Source of the DNA: Candidatus Magasanikiibacteriota bacterium
GTDB taxonomy: Bacteria > Patescibacteriota > Patescibacteriia > Magasanikbacterales > GWA2-37-8
Assembly (NCBI GenBank): GCA_963802255.1
Contig: CAWDHY010000001.1
Coordinates: 491,842 to 555,841 of the forward strand
DNA length: 64,000 nucleotides
Direction of reading: 5' to 3'
The first letter of the stretch is position 1; every line of letters begins with the position of its first letter. This document shows positions 48,472 to 57,774 of the stretch, piece by piece. Below the pieces are notes generated by a model, which searched no databases, had not been told where the DNA came from, and saw only the letters and a program-made list of their open reading frames with translations. The position numbers and the translations under genes were made by a program.

Positions 48472-49725
48472 TTATTCACGACGCAGTGCTTCAATCGGGT
48501 TTAGCGCAGCCGCTTTTTTAGCCGGATATATTCCAAAAATCAATCCAATTGCCGCAGAAAAACCAATAGCAAGAAATATTGACGATGCCGGAATAACGTA
48601 GACCCAGGCAAGATTACTTGAAACAGCACTCCAATATATTAGCAGAGCAAATAAAGAACCGAGTATTATTCCTACAATGCTTCCGGCTAAAGTCAAAATA
48701 ACCGCTTCGGCTAAAAATTGAAATAGAATATCCCGGCGTGTCGCTCCCAGTGATTTACGCAAACCAATTTCAAATACTCTTTCAGTGACGGACACATACA
48801 TAATATTCATTATCCCTACTCCGCCGACAACAAGTGAAACGCAAACTAATGCCACTAAAAGTAAAATAATTCCGTCGACAATAGTTTTTAACATATTAAT
48901 CCCTTCCTCCATGGTATTAACTGCAAAATCATCTTTGTCCGGATCGGTAATATCATGATTTTCCCGGATAATTTCTTCAAGATCAGCTACCGTTTGGTCG
49001 CTCATCGACATGTCTTTCATCTTGGCGATAATAGCCGTGTAATAATCAACACCCATTAAACGTTTCTGAAGAGTTTTAACCGGCACATAAAGAAAATTAT
49101 CCATATCAATAAAAGTATAAGACCCGCGAGCAGCAGCGGTGCCGATTACTCTAAACGGTTTCCCGCGGACATGAACGATTTTTCCTTCAGCCGGTTCATC
49201 GCCAAAAAATTTTTCTTTTACGGTTTGGCCGAGTACAACGACCTGTGCCAAGGAATCGTCTTCGTCTTTTGTATACATGCGTCCTGTCGCCATTACAAAT
49301 TTTTCAACTTCAGCCATCTGATAGCCTTCTCCGGCCAACATAATTTTTTGCGTTTGACCTCCGTAACTGACAACTTCCTGGCCGAACATATATCCATAGG
49401 CCGCTTCAATATTCGGATGTTTTTCAATATCGATTCTATCCCTTTCTTTTAATGTTGTAATTGTTATCCCTTGAGCCAACCCCATCGCATTTTCACTGGA
49501 TGTTTTTTTGGTACTTGGAACTTTTACTTCAATACTCATGGTATTTGGTCCGAATGTTTCCAATTCTCCCATTATCATGGCGTTCAGGCCTTCCCCGGCA
49601 GCCATAATAGAAATAACCACGGCAATGCCTATACTTATTCCGAGTATCGTTAAGATTGAGCGCATTTTTTTTGCGCGCAAGGCAACCAAAGCGAGTTTTA
49701 CTGCGGTTTTTACAGTATTAAACAT
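48472..49725 (-). CDS. ABC transporter permease (MacB/FtsX-like, with periplasmic domain)
   Basis: N-terminal TM, large periplasmic domain, C-terminal FtsX-type 3-TM bundle. Confidence 0.7.
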   Translation of the reverse strand: MFNTVKTAVKLALVALRAKKMRSILTILGISIGIAVVISIMAAGEGLNAMIMGELETFGPNTMSIEVKVPSTKKTSSENAMGLAQGITITTLKERDRIDIEKHPNIEAAYGYMFGQEVVSYGGQTQKIMLAGEGYQMAEVEKFVMATGRMYTKDEDDSLAQVVVLGQTVKEKFFGDEPAEGKIVHVRGKPFRVIGTAAARGSYTFIDMDNFLYVPVKTLQKRLMGVDYYTAIIAKMKDMSMSDQTVADLEEIIRENHDITDPDKDDFAVNTMEEGINMLKTIVDGIILLLVALVCVSLVVGGVGIMNIMYVSVTERVFEIGLRKSLGATRRDILFQFLAEAVILTLAGSIVGIILGSLFALLIYWSAVSSNLAWVYVIPASSIFLAIGFSAAIGLIFGIYPAKKAAALNPIEALRRE

Positions 49726-49727
49726 AT

Positions 49728-50966
49728 TTATTCATAACGCAGGGCCTCAATCGGATCAAGACGGCTCGCTCGACGAGCCGGAACAAGACCGAATAACAAT
49801 CCTAATCCGATAGATACAGTGCAAGCGATTACGATCGATGAAGGAGCGATAATAAAATCCCAATTATATCCAAGACTGTTGGCAATGCTGGCCACAGAAA
49901 AAGAAATTATGACACCTAAAACTATTCCGATTAATCCTCCGATCAAAGTTATCATAACCGTTTCCACTAAAAATTGCGTGGTAATATGAATATTTTTTGC
50001 CCCAACCGCTTTTCGTAGACCAATTTCCTTAGTTCTCTCTTCAACAGCGGCGAGCATGATATTCATTATACCGATACCGCCAACCAAAAGAGCGATAGCA
50101 GCCACAAATGTCAGAAACATTCGTAACGCATTTGTGATATTGGTTATTGATTCAACTCCCTGAGCCATTGATTGAACGGTAAAATCATCGTCTTCAGGCT
50201 TTTCAATATCATGTCTCTCGCGCAAAACAGATTCAACGAACAATACCGCCCCATCAACGTTTTCCGCACTATCTACTTTGAACCTCGCCATGCTTAAATA
50301 ATCTATGCCTAATAATAGTTTCTGAGCGGTAGTGACAGGAACATATATCTGATTATCCTGATTTTGAAAACCGCTTGACCCGCGTTTACGCATTACTCCT
50401 ATAACCGTAAAATTAGTTTTTTTAATCTTAATTTGCCGGCCGATCGGATTTTCATCATCAAATAAGTCTTTCGCCGTTTGGTCCCCCAAAACCGCCACGC
50501 GGGCTGATCCGCGCTCTTCCTCCTGCCCAAAAAATCTTCCTGTGGCGACATCAGTATTTTCCACTGATGGCAGTTCCGCTGATGTACCTACAAAAGCAAC
50601 GTCTGTTTTTCGGTCACCGGCCGTAATTGTATCCTGGCCCCGCACATAAACTGCGGCAGCGACCAGATGCGGATAATTATTCGCCATTATTTTAGTTACA
50701 TCCTCATATTTTAGTGTGGTGATAATAATTCCATAAACAGAAGCAGGCGGTCCCTTTTCATCTGATTTACCCGGCAACACGCCGATTAAATCGGTGCCCA
50801 TGCTTTTTACCTGATTAAGTATCAGACTTTGAGCGCCGGCACCGACGGACATAATAACAACGACCGCCATAATGCCGATAATAATTCCTAGCATCGTCAA
50901 AAACGACCGCATTTTGTTGCGGCCAATCAGATGCCAGACGGCATGGGTTGTTTCAAGAATATTCAT
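49728..50966 (-). CDS. ABC transporter permease (MacB/FtsX-like), paralog of upstream gene
   Basis: Same architecture and clear sequence similarity to 48472..49725 ('IGLRKAVGAKN' vs 'IGLRKSLGATR'). Confidence 0.7.
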   Translation of the reverse strand: MNILETTHAVWHLIGRNKMRSFLTMLGIIIGIMAVVVIMSVGAGAQSLILNQVKSMGTDLIGVLPGKSDEKGPPASVYGIIITTLKYEDVTKIMANNYPHLVAAAVYVRGQDTITAGDRKTDVAFVGTSAELPSVENTDVATGRFFGQEEERGSARVAVLGDQTAKDLFDDENPIGRQIKIKKTNFTVIGVMRKRGSSGFQNQDNQIYVPVTTAQKLLLGIDYLSMARFKVDSAENVDGAVLFVESVLRERHDIEKPEDDDFTVQSMAQGVESITNITNALRMFLTFVAAIALLVGGIGIMNIMLAAVEERTKEIGLRKAVGAKNIHITTQFLVETVMITLIGGLIGIVLGVIISFSVASIANSLGYNWDFIIAPSSIVIACTVSIGLGLLFGLVPARRASRLDPIEALRYE

Positions 50967-50967
50967 A

Positions 50968-51687
50968 CTACTTTACCAACTCAGACGCTCCATTTGCCAG
51001 CTGTCTGTTATTTACTTTTTCATCAACCACAATTTCACCATCTTTAATTCGTAATATTCTCTTTGCATGCTCCGCCGTATATCTTTCATGGGTAACAAGA
51101 ATAATTGTATGCCCTTCTTCATTTAGATTTTGAAGGATACGCATAACCTGCAGACCAGATTTTGAATCCAAATTACCCGTCGGCTCGTCGGCAAAAATTA
51201 CGGCCGGTTCATTAACCAGAGCCCGGGCAATTGCCACTCTTTGTTTTTCACCACCGGAAAGTTGACTGGGAACAAACTGCAGACGATGATCTAATCCGAC
51301 TGAAGACAGCGCGGCTTTTGATTTTGCCAGTCGTTCTTTTTCCGGCATTTTCGTATAAATGAGAGGAAGCATTACATTTTCCATCACTGTCGTACGCGGT
51401 AATAAGTTAAAAGCCTGAAAAACAAAACCAACCGACTGGCTTCGCATCACCGCCAATTCATCGTCGGTGAGAGTGCTGACATCGCGCCCGTTAAACACAT
51501 ATTTCCCTTTTGAAAGCTTATCCAAAAAACCAAGAATATGCATAAGCGTTGATTTGCCGGAACCGGATGGCCCCATAATTGCCACAAACTCGCCTTTTTC
51601 AATTTTAAAATTCAAATCATGAAGAACCGGCGTAACTACCTCTTCATTAACATATTCTTTATCTAAGCTTATAATTTCAATTAATGC
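50968..51687 (-). CDS. ABC transporter ATP-binding protein (MacB/LolD-type)
   Basis: Walker A 'GPSGSGKST', '[15 protein letters not shown]', '[11 protein letters not shown]'. The likely start is 'MALIEIISL'. Confidence 0.85.
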   Translation of the reverse strand, partial: ALIEIISLDKEYVNEEVVTPVLHDLNFKIEKGEFVAIMGPSGSGKSTLMHILGFLDKLSKGKYVFNGRDVSTLTDDELAVMRSQSVGFVFQAFNLLPRTTVMENVMLPLIYTKMPEKERLAKSKAALSSVGLDHRLQFVPSQLSGGEKQRVAIARALVNEPAVIFADEPTGNLDSKSGLQVMRILQNLNEEGHTIILVTHERYTAEHAKRILRIKDGEIVVDEKVNNRQLANGASELVK

Positions 51688-51691
51688 CATA

Positions 51692-53434
51692 CTATTTTGC
51701 CTCAATAACGCTAATAATTATTTCATCACCTTCATTAATGCCCTCAAGAATTTCGACTTGTCCATCATCTGCGCGCAAACCAAGTTTAACCGGCACGTCT
51801 ACTGACTCACCATTTACTAAAACTCTAACATATTTTCCATTTCCATTATTCGTCCTTATTGTTCTTAACGGAACATAAAGCGCGTTCTCCCGTGAAGCGG
51901 TGCTAACCGTAACATTAGCCGTCATTCCCGGCTTAATTTCTTTTTCCGAGTCATCAAGCGTTACTTTAACTTTATAATAAACAACATCCTGCACGTCTGT
52001 TGAAGCCGGGTCAATTGATAAAACCTTACCATTAAACTTTACGTCATCGCCGTACGCGTCCAGAGTAACCGCAACATTATCCTGCAGATTTAGCTTAATT
52101 ACATCGGTTTCAGGAATATCCACTTCAATCTCAAAGTGCGGCGATAATAAATCCAGCGAAACTTCGCTCATTGAAGCGAATTCACCCTTCTTTTTGTATA
52201 TCTTTGTGACTACGCCATCAATCGGGGCTCTCATTATCGCCTTATTACGATTGGCTATAGCTTGTGAAAGCGCCGCTCTGTAAGCTGCGACATCAACTTC
52301 CCGGGGCGGATTAATTTTAGAATCAAGATTAGCCTGCGCCTGTTTATATGAAGCATCTTTGATGTCAATATTGCTCTGCGCCGTTTTTTTCGTATTATCC
52401 AAATCCGAAAGCGCCTTATTGTAAGCTATTAAATAGGTACTGTAACTATTTTTCGCAGTGCTAATTTGTTGGCGCTGGGAAATAATGGAATTGTATTGCG
52501 CGCTTGCGGCCGACCGGGCTGATTCTATTGTCGTTTTTTTTAAGTCTAAAGCCGTCTGGGTAACAGAACCGGACGGTGAAGTCGCAACCAATACATCTTT
52601 AACGCTGGTTAACAACTGAGTACAACCACTCAAAGCAATTTCAGTTAAATTCAAAGCCTCATCGATTAATACCCTTTGACTCTCCGTCGTCAACCCGACA
52701 ATTAATGATCGGGCTGAAGATATTTTTAATTTAGCATCTGAATACATTAAATTTGCAGTCGCTAATTTCGAAGTATCTTTAATGGATAAATATTGTTCAA
52801 AGTCATCATTTGCCAAAGGATTATCAATGCCTAAAATATTATCAGCCTGAGTCAGGCTATTATCCATTGTTGAAAGGCTCGATTGAAGTGCTGCAACGGC
52901 ATTTTCATAAGCATTTGAAACAATCTCGCTATTATCCCCTCCCTCGGCCAATTTCAAATTATTTTTCGCCGTTTCAACAGACGATTCCGCGGTTGAAACA
53001 GTATGAAGTGCATCGGCACGCGCCTGGTCCAAGGAAGCCTTAGCCAAATCAACAGCCGATTGATAATATGAAATATCCTCTTTGGTGGCGCCCGCTAGCT
53101 TCTGATTTAAATTTGCACTCGCCTGAGCAACTGCCGCATCAAGGTCAGAAGATTTTAAACGCATTAATATATCATTGGCTTTAACTGCGGACCCCTCAAT
53201 AGCTTTGACCTCCGAAACAGTGCCGGAAATTTCAAAACGTAAAGACAGGTCGTTGGCTGATTGAATCTTGCCAGTTGCCTCAACCGTCTGCTTAATCGTA
53301 CCAACTGCGGCCTTTACCGTTTCATACTCAACCGGCGCATTGGCCTTCTTATATTGATTATATGAATAGAGGCCTATCAGTAGGGCAAAAATTGAGGCGG
53401 TAATTATAAACTTTTTTGATTTAAAAAAAGACAT
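51692..53434 (-). CDS. HlyD/MacA-type periplasmic adaptor with very long coiled-coil hairpin
   Basis: N-terminal TM, barrel-sandwich/lipoyl motifs, roughly 300-aa alpha-helical repeat region, C-terminal beta-barrel. Confidence 0.65.
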   Translation of the reverse strand: MSFFKSKKFIITASIFALLIGLYSYNQYKKANAPVEYETVKAAVGTIKQTVEATGKIQSANDLSLRFEISGTVSEVKAIEGSAVKANDILMRLKSSDLDAAVAQASANLNQKLAGATKEDISYYQSAVDLAKASLDQARADALHTVSTAESSVETAKNNLKLAEGGDNSEIVSNAYENAVAALQSSLSTMDNSLTQADNILGIDNPLANDDFEQYLSIKDTSKLATANLMYSDAKLKISSARSLIVGLTTESQRVLIDEALNLTEIALSGCTQLLTSVKDVLVATSPSGSVTQTALDLKKTTIESARSAASAQYNSIISQRQQISTAKNSYSTYLIAYNKALSDLDNTKKTAQSNIDIKDASYKQAQANLDSKINPPREVDVAAYRAALSQAIANRNKAIMRAPIDGVVTKIYKKKGEFASMSEVSLDLLSPHFEIEVDIPETDVIKLNLQDNVAVTLDAYGDDVKFNGKVLSIDPASTDVQDVVYYKVKVTLDDSEKEIKPGMTANVTVSTASRENALYVPLRTIRTNNGNGKYVRVLVNGESVDVPVKLGLRADDGQVEILEGINEGDEIIISVIEAK

Positions 53435-53444
53435 AAGTAAAAAA

Positions 53445-53666
53445 TTATTTTTTATTTAGATGTAAAGTTACTTCATTAATAATATGACGCATTTGTTCCT
53501 CGGGTACCAAAATAATTTTGCCCATGTGTTCAATTACTAAAAATCTCTCCCCTTCTTTTAACTTTAAACGCTCCCTTGCTTCTTTCGGGATAACAAGTTG
53601 ACCCCTTGAACCCAGGCTGGTAGCCCCGCATATAGAACCTGGCAAAAAACTTGCATTTTTCTTCAT
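53445..53666 (-). CDS. AbrB/MazE-fold (SpoVT/AbrB domain) DNA-binding protein
   Basis: 'RGQLVIPKEARERLKLKEGERFLVIEHMGKIILVPEE' is the swapped-hairpin AbrB/MazE signature. No cognate toxin gene is adjacent. Confidence 0.55.
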   Translation of the reverse strand: MKKNASFLPGSICGATSLGSRGQLVIPKEARERLKLKEGERFLVIEHMGKIILVPEEQMRHIINEVTLHLNKK

Positions 53667-53727
53667 ATAATATGATGAATATAATAAATCATACTTATCA
53701 TACTTTTAAGCACTAAATCTGTCAAGT

Positions 53728-55188
53728 TTACTTCTCCACTTCCCTTGCTTCCGCTTTACTGAGAAATTCCTTCTTAATCTTATCAAAATATTTCATTGCC
53801 GCCTCGTATTCATTTGGAATAACACCGTCGAGTATTGCCTCTTCAATCGCCTTCTTAATTTTTCCGACTGTTCGTCCCGGTTTTAAGCCGCATAATTTCA
53901 TTATTTCATCCCCGCGAAGTGGCGATTGAAACTCACGCAATTTATCTTTTTCCATCACCTCAATAATTCGTTTTTCAAGCCGGTCATAATTTTTTAAACG
54001 CTTTTCTTTCTTTAAGGGATTACCCGTAGTTATATCGGACCGTCCTAATTTCAATAAATCATCCAGCTCAATATTTAAATTAACGATTAATCGTCTTACC
54101 GCGGAATCCGTTATGCCTTCATCCATCAACGAAATAGGCTGTTGATGCCACCGAACAAGCTTCGCAAGATATTCATTATTATCATTTGACATATGAAGCC
54201 GCTTGCCAATCTGTTTGGCGAGTTTGCGTCCGACATGCTCATGTTGATAAAAAGTCCAGCCAATTTTAGGCACGAATTTTTTTGTTTGCGGCTTCCCGAT
54301 ATCGTGAAGAAGAGCCGCAAAACGCAACAACGTATTATCGGTCTTTTCCGCGATATTATCCACAACCTTAAAAGTATGTACCAAATTATTTTTATGCTGA
54401 TGGCCAAAAACTTCCTCAACTCCATCCAGTTTAGCAACTTCAGGAAGAATAATGTCTAATAAACCGGTCTGGAACATCAGTATTAAACCAACTGAAGGAA
54501 TTTTACAGGACAGCAAACGCATAAGCTCCTCCTGTATTCTTTCCGCAGAAACTATCTTAAGACGGGAGCCATTTTTATGAATTGATTTTAAGGTGTCTTG
54601 GTCAATACCAAAATTTAACTGCGCGGCGAAACGAATGGCACGCATCATGCGAAGAGGGTCATCACTAAAAGTATCGTCCGGATCTAATGGTGTTTTGAGC
54701 AAGCGGTTTTTTATGTCTTTAATTCCGAAGCATGGATCAATTATTGATTTTTTAAAAATTACAGACGAAGGTTTTGCCGTTTTGGTGAAAACACTCACCG
54801 GTATCGCCATCGCATTCACGGTAAAGTCTCTCCGTAATAAATCCTCAGCCAATGTTGATTCAGTCACTACCGGTTTGCGTGAATTTTTTTTGTACTTTTC
54901 TGTCCTTGCTCCGGCAAATTCCAGAACTAAAGCATCTTCGTCTTCTTCCAACAAATATCTGGCTGTATCAAAATCCGCAAATTCAACCAGGCTTCCTGTC
55001 TTTTCTATTTCATCATCAAACGCTCTCGCAAATTCTATACCGCTGCCTTCAACTACAAAATCAATATCTTTTTTTTGATCTATGCCAATTAAAAAATCAC
55101 GCACAAATCCGCCGACTATAAAAACCGGCGTATTAGTTTTTTTTGAAACCGAATGAATTACCTTAAATACATCCGAATTTTTTGACAT
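53728..55188 (-). CDS. cca: CCA tRNA nucleotidyltransferase (poly(A) polymerase head + HD domain)
   Basis: 'FIVGGFVRDFLIG...DIDFV' nucleotidyltransferase motif. HD domain 'HTFKVVD...LLHDIGKP'. Confidence 0.8.
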   Translation of the reverse strand: MSKNSDVFKVIHSVSKKTNTPVFIVGGFVRDFLIGIDQKKDIDFVVEGSGIEFARAFDDEIEKTGSLVEFADFDTARYLLEEDEDALVLEFAGARTEKYKKNSRKPVVTESTLAEDLLRRDFTVNAMAIPVSVFTKTAKPSSVIFKKSIIDPCFGIKDIKNRLLKTPLDPDDTFSDDPLRMMRAIRFAAQLNFGIDQDTLKSIHKNGSRLKIVSAERIQEELMRLLSCKIPSVGLILMFQTGLLDIILPEVAKLDGVEEVFGHQHKNNLVHTFKVVDNIAEKTDNTLLRFAALLHDIGKPQTKKFVPKIGWTFYQHEHVGRKLAKQIGKRLHMSNDNNEYLAKLVRWHQQPISLMDEGITDSAVRRLIVNLNIELDDLLKLGRSDITTGNPLKKEKRLKNYDRLEKRIIEVMEKDKLREFQSPLRGDEIMKLCGLKPGRTVGKIKKAIEEAILDGVIPNEYEAAMKYFDKIKKEFLSKAEAREVEK

Positions 55189-55190
55189 AA

Positions 55191-56249
55191 CTATACTTTT
55201 TTATTCGAACCGATGCGTTTTAAAGCTACATCTTTCTCAATAAGATTTTGATCAAGTAATTCCTTTACAGAATTCTCCATGGTCACCATACCTTCTTTTA
55301 CGCCGGTTTGAATCATCGACTTAATCTGATTTACGTTATTTTCTCTGATTAAATTGGCTACTGCCGGAGTATTAATTAGAATTTCCCGCGCCGGAACCCG
55401 GCCACCATTTTTTGCGGGTATCAGATGCTGTGCAACAACAGCCCGCAAAACTGATGACAATTGAGTCAGTACCTGTTTCTGTTTTGAGCCCTCAAATACA
55501 TCTACAATTCGTTCAACCGCTTCTGCGGCGCTGGGTGTATGTAAAGTGGAAAAAACCAAGTGCCCGGTTTCAGCGGCAGTAAGAACGGTCGCTATTGTTT
55601 CCGGGTCACGCATCTCTCCGACGAATATAACATTCGGATCCTGACGCAATACATGTTTCAACGCATTCGCGAAAGTCAGAGTGTCTTTACCAACTTCCCG
55701 TTGCTCAATTAGACTCATTTTATCTTTAAAAACAAACTCAATCGGATCTTCAATTGTAACAATGTGAGCCTTGCGTTGCTTGTTAATTTCTTCAATCATT
55801 GACGCGATAGTCGTAGATTTACCGCAACCAGTCGGTCCGGTAACCAAAACCAATCCATCCAACAACCCGCTCAAACCTCTTAAAGTGTCGTTAAAACGAA
55901 GATCGTCCGGAGTTGGAACCTCCGTCGGAATTAGTCGTGCGGCCAAGCCAATCTTCTCATCTTGCTGGTGAATATTAACGCGGAACCTGACTCCGCTCAC
56001 TTCATAGGCAAAATCCAACTCCTTTTCTGATTCGTATTGTTCACGTTGGCCCGGCAACAATAACGCCGCTATCGCCCGGTTCAATGCGCCATTTTCAAGA
56101 ACATTACTGTCTAATTCCACCAAATCGCCATGCAGACGCATCATCGGTTTTTCCGCTCCGACAAGATGCACATCAGAGGCGCCATTTTTAATTGCCTGTT
56201 TAAAATATGTATTTATATCAAGCATAAAATATATGTTATATTGTAACAT
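55191..56249 (-). CDS. pilT: type IV pilus retraction ATPase PilT
   Basis: Walker A 'GPTGCGKST', Walker B and His box 'GHLVFSTLHT'. PilT-type N-terminus 'ASDVHL'. The start may be the internal 'MLDINTY'. Confidence 0.8.
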   Translation of the reverse strand: MLQYNIYFMLDINTYFKQAIKNGASDVHLVGAEKPMMRLHGDLVELDSNVLENGALNRAIAALLLPGQREQYESEKELDFAYEVSGVRFRVNIHQQDEKIGLAARLIPTEVPTPDDLRFNDTLRGLSGLLDGLVLVTGPTGCGKSTTIASMIEEINKQRKAHIVTIEDPIEFVFKDKMSLIEQREVGKDTLTFANALKHVLRQDPNVIFVGEMRDPETIATVLTAAETGHLVFSTLHTPSAAEAVERIVDVFEGSKQKQVLTQLSSVLRAVVAQHLIPAKNGGRVPAREILINTPAVANLIRENNVNQIKSMIQTGVKEGMVTMENSVKELLDQNLIEKDVALKRIGSNKKV

Positions 56250-56260
56250 TATAGCACAAT

Positions 56261-56300
56261 TTGACTCTATTGAAAAGAAACATTAAATGTGATAAAATTT
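56261..56300 (+). promoter_or_regulatory. candidate promoter for the tRNA-Pro pair (TTGACT ... A/T-rich -10)
   Basis: 'TTGACTctattgaaaagaaacattaaatgtgataaaatt' ends about 8 nt before tRNA-Pro(GGG). The -10 element is degenerate ('TAAATG'/'GATAAA'). Confidence 0.3.
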
Positions 56301-56307
56301 TGCAATT

Positions 56308-56381
56308 CGGGGTATAGCTCAGTTGGCTAGAGCGCATGCATGGGGTGCATGAGGCCGCAGGTTCAAGTCCTGTTACCCCGA
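56308..56381 (+). tRNA. tRNA-Pro(GGG)
   Basis: 'CGGGGUAUAGCUCAGUUGGCUAGAGCGCAUGCAUGGGGUGCAUGAGGCCGCAGGUUCAAGUCCUGUUACCCCGA', with C1-G72 and A73 (bacterial Pro signature). Confidence 0.85.
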
Positions 56382-56453
56382 CAAGTTTATGTAAATTAAA
56401 AAGTTGACAATGCGAGTTAATTAACGTATTATTTATTCGCTTTTCGGGGTGTA

Positions 56454-56527
56454 GCTCAGTTGGCTAGAGCGCATCGTTCGGGACGATGAGGCCGCAGGTT
56501 CAAGTCCTGTCACCCCGACTAAACAAA
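56454..56527 (+). tRNA. tRNA-Pro(CGG)
   Basis: 'CGGGGUGUAGCUCAGUUGGCUAGAGCGCAUCGUUCGGGACGAUGAGGCCGCAGGUUCAAGUCCUGUCACCCCGA'. Confidence 0.85.
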
Positions 56528-56557
56528 ATACCGCCTTGGCGGTTTTTTGTTTTTGAG

Positions 56558-56770
56558 GGGTGTGGCGAGCAAATAGTTTTGCTCGCCAAAGGACTTGAAC
56601 GCCGGAGCGATGCCGCGCGACGCATGCGAGCGAGCGCGGCCGCGAGGCGGTGGCTAACCCGAGCCGGCGGAAGCCGATGAGAGGCGAAGCCAAGTCCTGT
56701 CACCCCGACTAAACAGAAATACCGCGTGAGCGGTTTTTTGTGTTTTGAGGGGTGTGGCGAGTAGCAAAAG
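56558..56770 (+). repeat. tRNA-linked GC-rich structured element, copy C, with approx. 75-bp duplication of tRNA-Pro(CGG) 3' end + terminator
   Basis: Hairpin 1 'GGCGAGCAAAtagtTTTGCTCGCC'. Cores 'ACGCCGGAGCGATG' and 'CGCGAGGCGGTGGC'. Hairpin 2 'CCGCGC...GCGCGG'. 'CGGCggaaGCCG' GGAA hairpin. 'GGCGAAGCC'. Then 'AAGTCCTGTCACCCCGACTAAACAgAAATACCGCgtgaGCGGTTTTTTGTgTTTTGAGGGGTGTGGCGAG', which duplicates 56511-56577 with a compensated loop change in the terminator. Confidence 0.6.
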
Positions 56771-56925
56771 TCCTCATTTACCCGATACAACCTTGACGAA
56801 TCAGCTAAACTATGCTATGAATATCTGTCGTGAATATTATAGGATATTAAATTCTCGCTCGTTCAACAACGGCCCTTCAGGACTGTTCTCAAAAAAGCCC
56901 ACCTTATAAGTGGCAAGGAGGTCGC

Positions 56926-57663
56926 GTGCAGATAGAAGAGGTCAAGATAACCGATCATATCTGGAGCTACGTTTCCGAAAAGTATCTCGAGGCCGGACTT
57001 GCTGACGAGCTGATCCACGGCATGAGGCACATGCGCCACGTACGCGAGGTCTGCAACAACATCTGCGACGTGCAGATCTTGGACTCGCGGGTCATCAGGT
57101 GCCTGCACGCAGCGGTCGACATCCACGACATCGGTCGGGCCGTCGACAAGACGCGCGATCACGCCATGGTGTCCTCGGAGGTGTTCCGGCAGATGGCTCT
57201 CGATGATCTGGCAACGGACGAGTACGAGGCGGTGCACTTCGCCGTCATACACCACAGCCGCGGCCTGCGCGCCATCGGCATCAACGAGGCGAAAGACCTG
57301 AAGGAGGTCCTGCTCGGCCTGCTGTGCGTCTGCGACCACGCGGATGCCGCAAGCCCCGACGGTGCGGCCCGAGCCGCGCTCGCACTGAAGAACAAACCGA
57401 TCCTGTCGGACAACTACACGGCCGAACATCTGCGCGAGCTGATGACCAACGGTTGCGCGCCGGAGCTGATGAACGTCTACAAGAACGACAGCCTGGCGGC
57501 TCACCTGGCCTACAACTACTGCGCCACCGCGCACATCATCGCGCCGGTCCGGCACCTGCTCAACGGCCGCTACATGAAGGACTGGAGCGATCCGCGCCTC
57601 GCCATGTTCCGCGTCATCGTCGAGACCTACCTGAATCTGCAGGAGAAGAAGAACCTCCTGTAG
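56926..57663 (+). CDS. HD-domain phosphohydrolase encoded in a GC-rich foreign insert
   Basis: GTG start 5 nt after a perfect SD 'AAGGAGG'. 'HGMRHMRHVREV...VDIHDIGR' is the H...HD motif. Third-position-GC-rich codon usage contrasts with the rest of the window. Confidence 0.6.
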   Translation: MQIEEVKITDHIWSYVSEKYLEAGLADELIHGMRHMRHVREVCNNICDVQILDSRVIRCLHAAVDIHDIGRAVDKTRDHAMVSSEVFRQMALDDLATDEYEAVHFAVIHHSRGLRAIGINEAKDLKEVLLGLLCVCDHADAASPDGAARAALALKNKPILSDNYTAEHLRELMTNGCAPELMNVYKNDSLAAHLAYNYCATAHIIAPVRHLLNGRYMKDWSDPRLAMFRVIVETYLNLQEKKNLL

Positions 57664-57700
57664 CCCGCGTTTCCACCGACTTCGGAATAGAAGTTCCTTA

Positions 57701-57727
57701 GCCCCCACTCCTGGGGGCATTTTTTTA
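57701..57727 (+). terminator. rho-independent terminator after HD-domain gene
   Basis: 'GCCCCCActccTGGGGGCattttttt'. Confidence 0.7.
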
Positions 57728-57743
57728 TGAATAATTCAATTAA

Positions 57744-57769
57744 AAAATCGCCTCATGGCGATTTTTTTC
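57744..57769 (-). terminator. rho-independent terminator after the cupin PGI gene
   Basis: 'aaaaaATCGCCtcatGGCGATttttttt'. Confidence 0.6.
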
Positions 57770-57774
57770 TATTA

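Noticed and set aside
56433-56790. ORFs 56433..56693(-), 56486..56680(+), 56500..56790(-)
   Set aside because: Overlap tRNA-Pro(CGG) and element copy C. These are artefacts of GC-rich repeat sequence.
56863-57720. 285-aa minus-strand ORF covering the GC-rich insert
   Set aside because: It is antisense to the HD-domain gene. GC-rich DNA yields long stop-free frames on both strands. The plus-strand ORF has a clear HD motif and a perfect SD, so the minus ORF is considered spurious.
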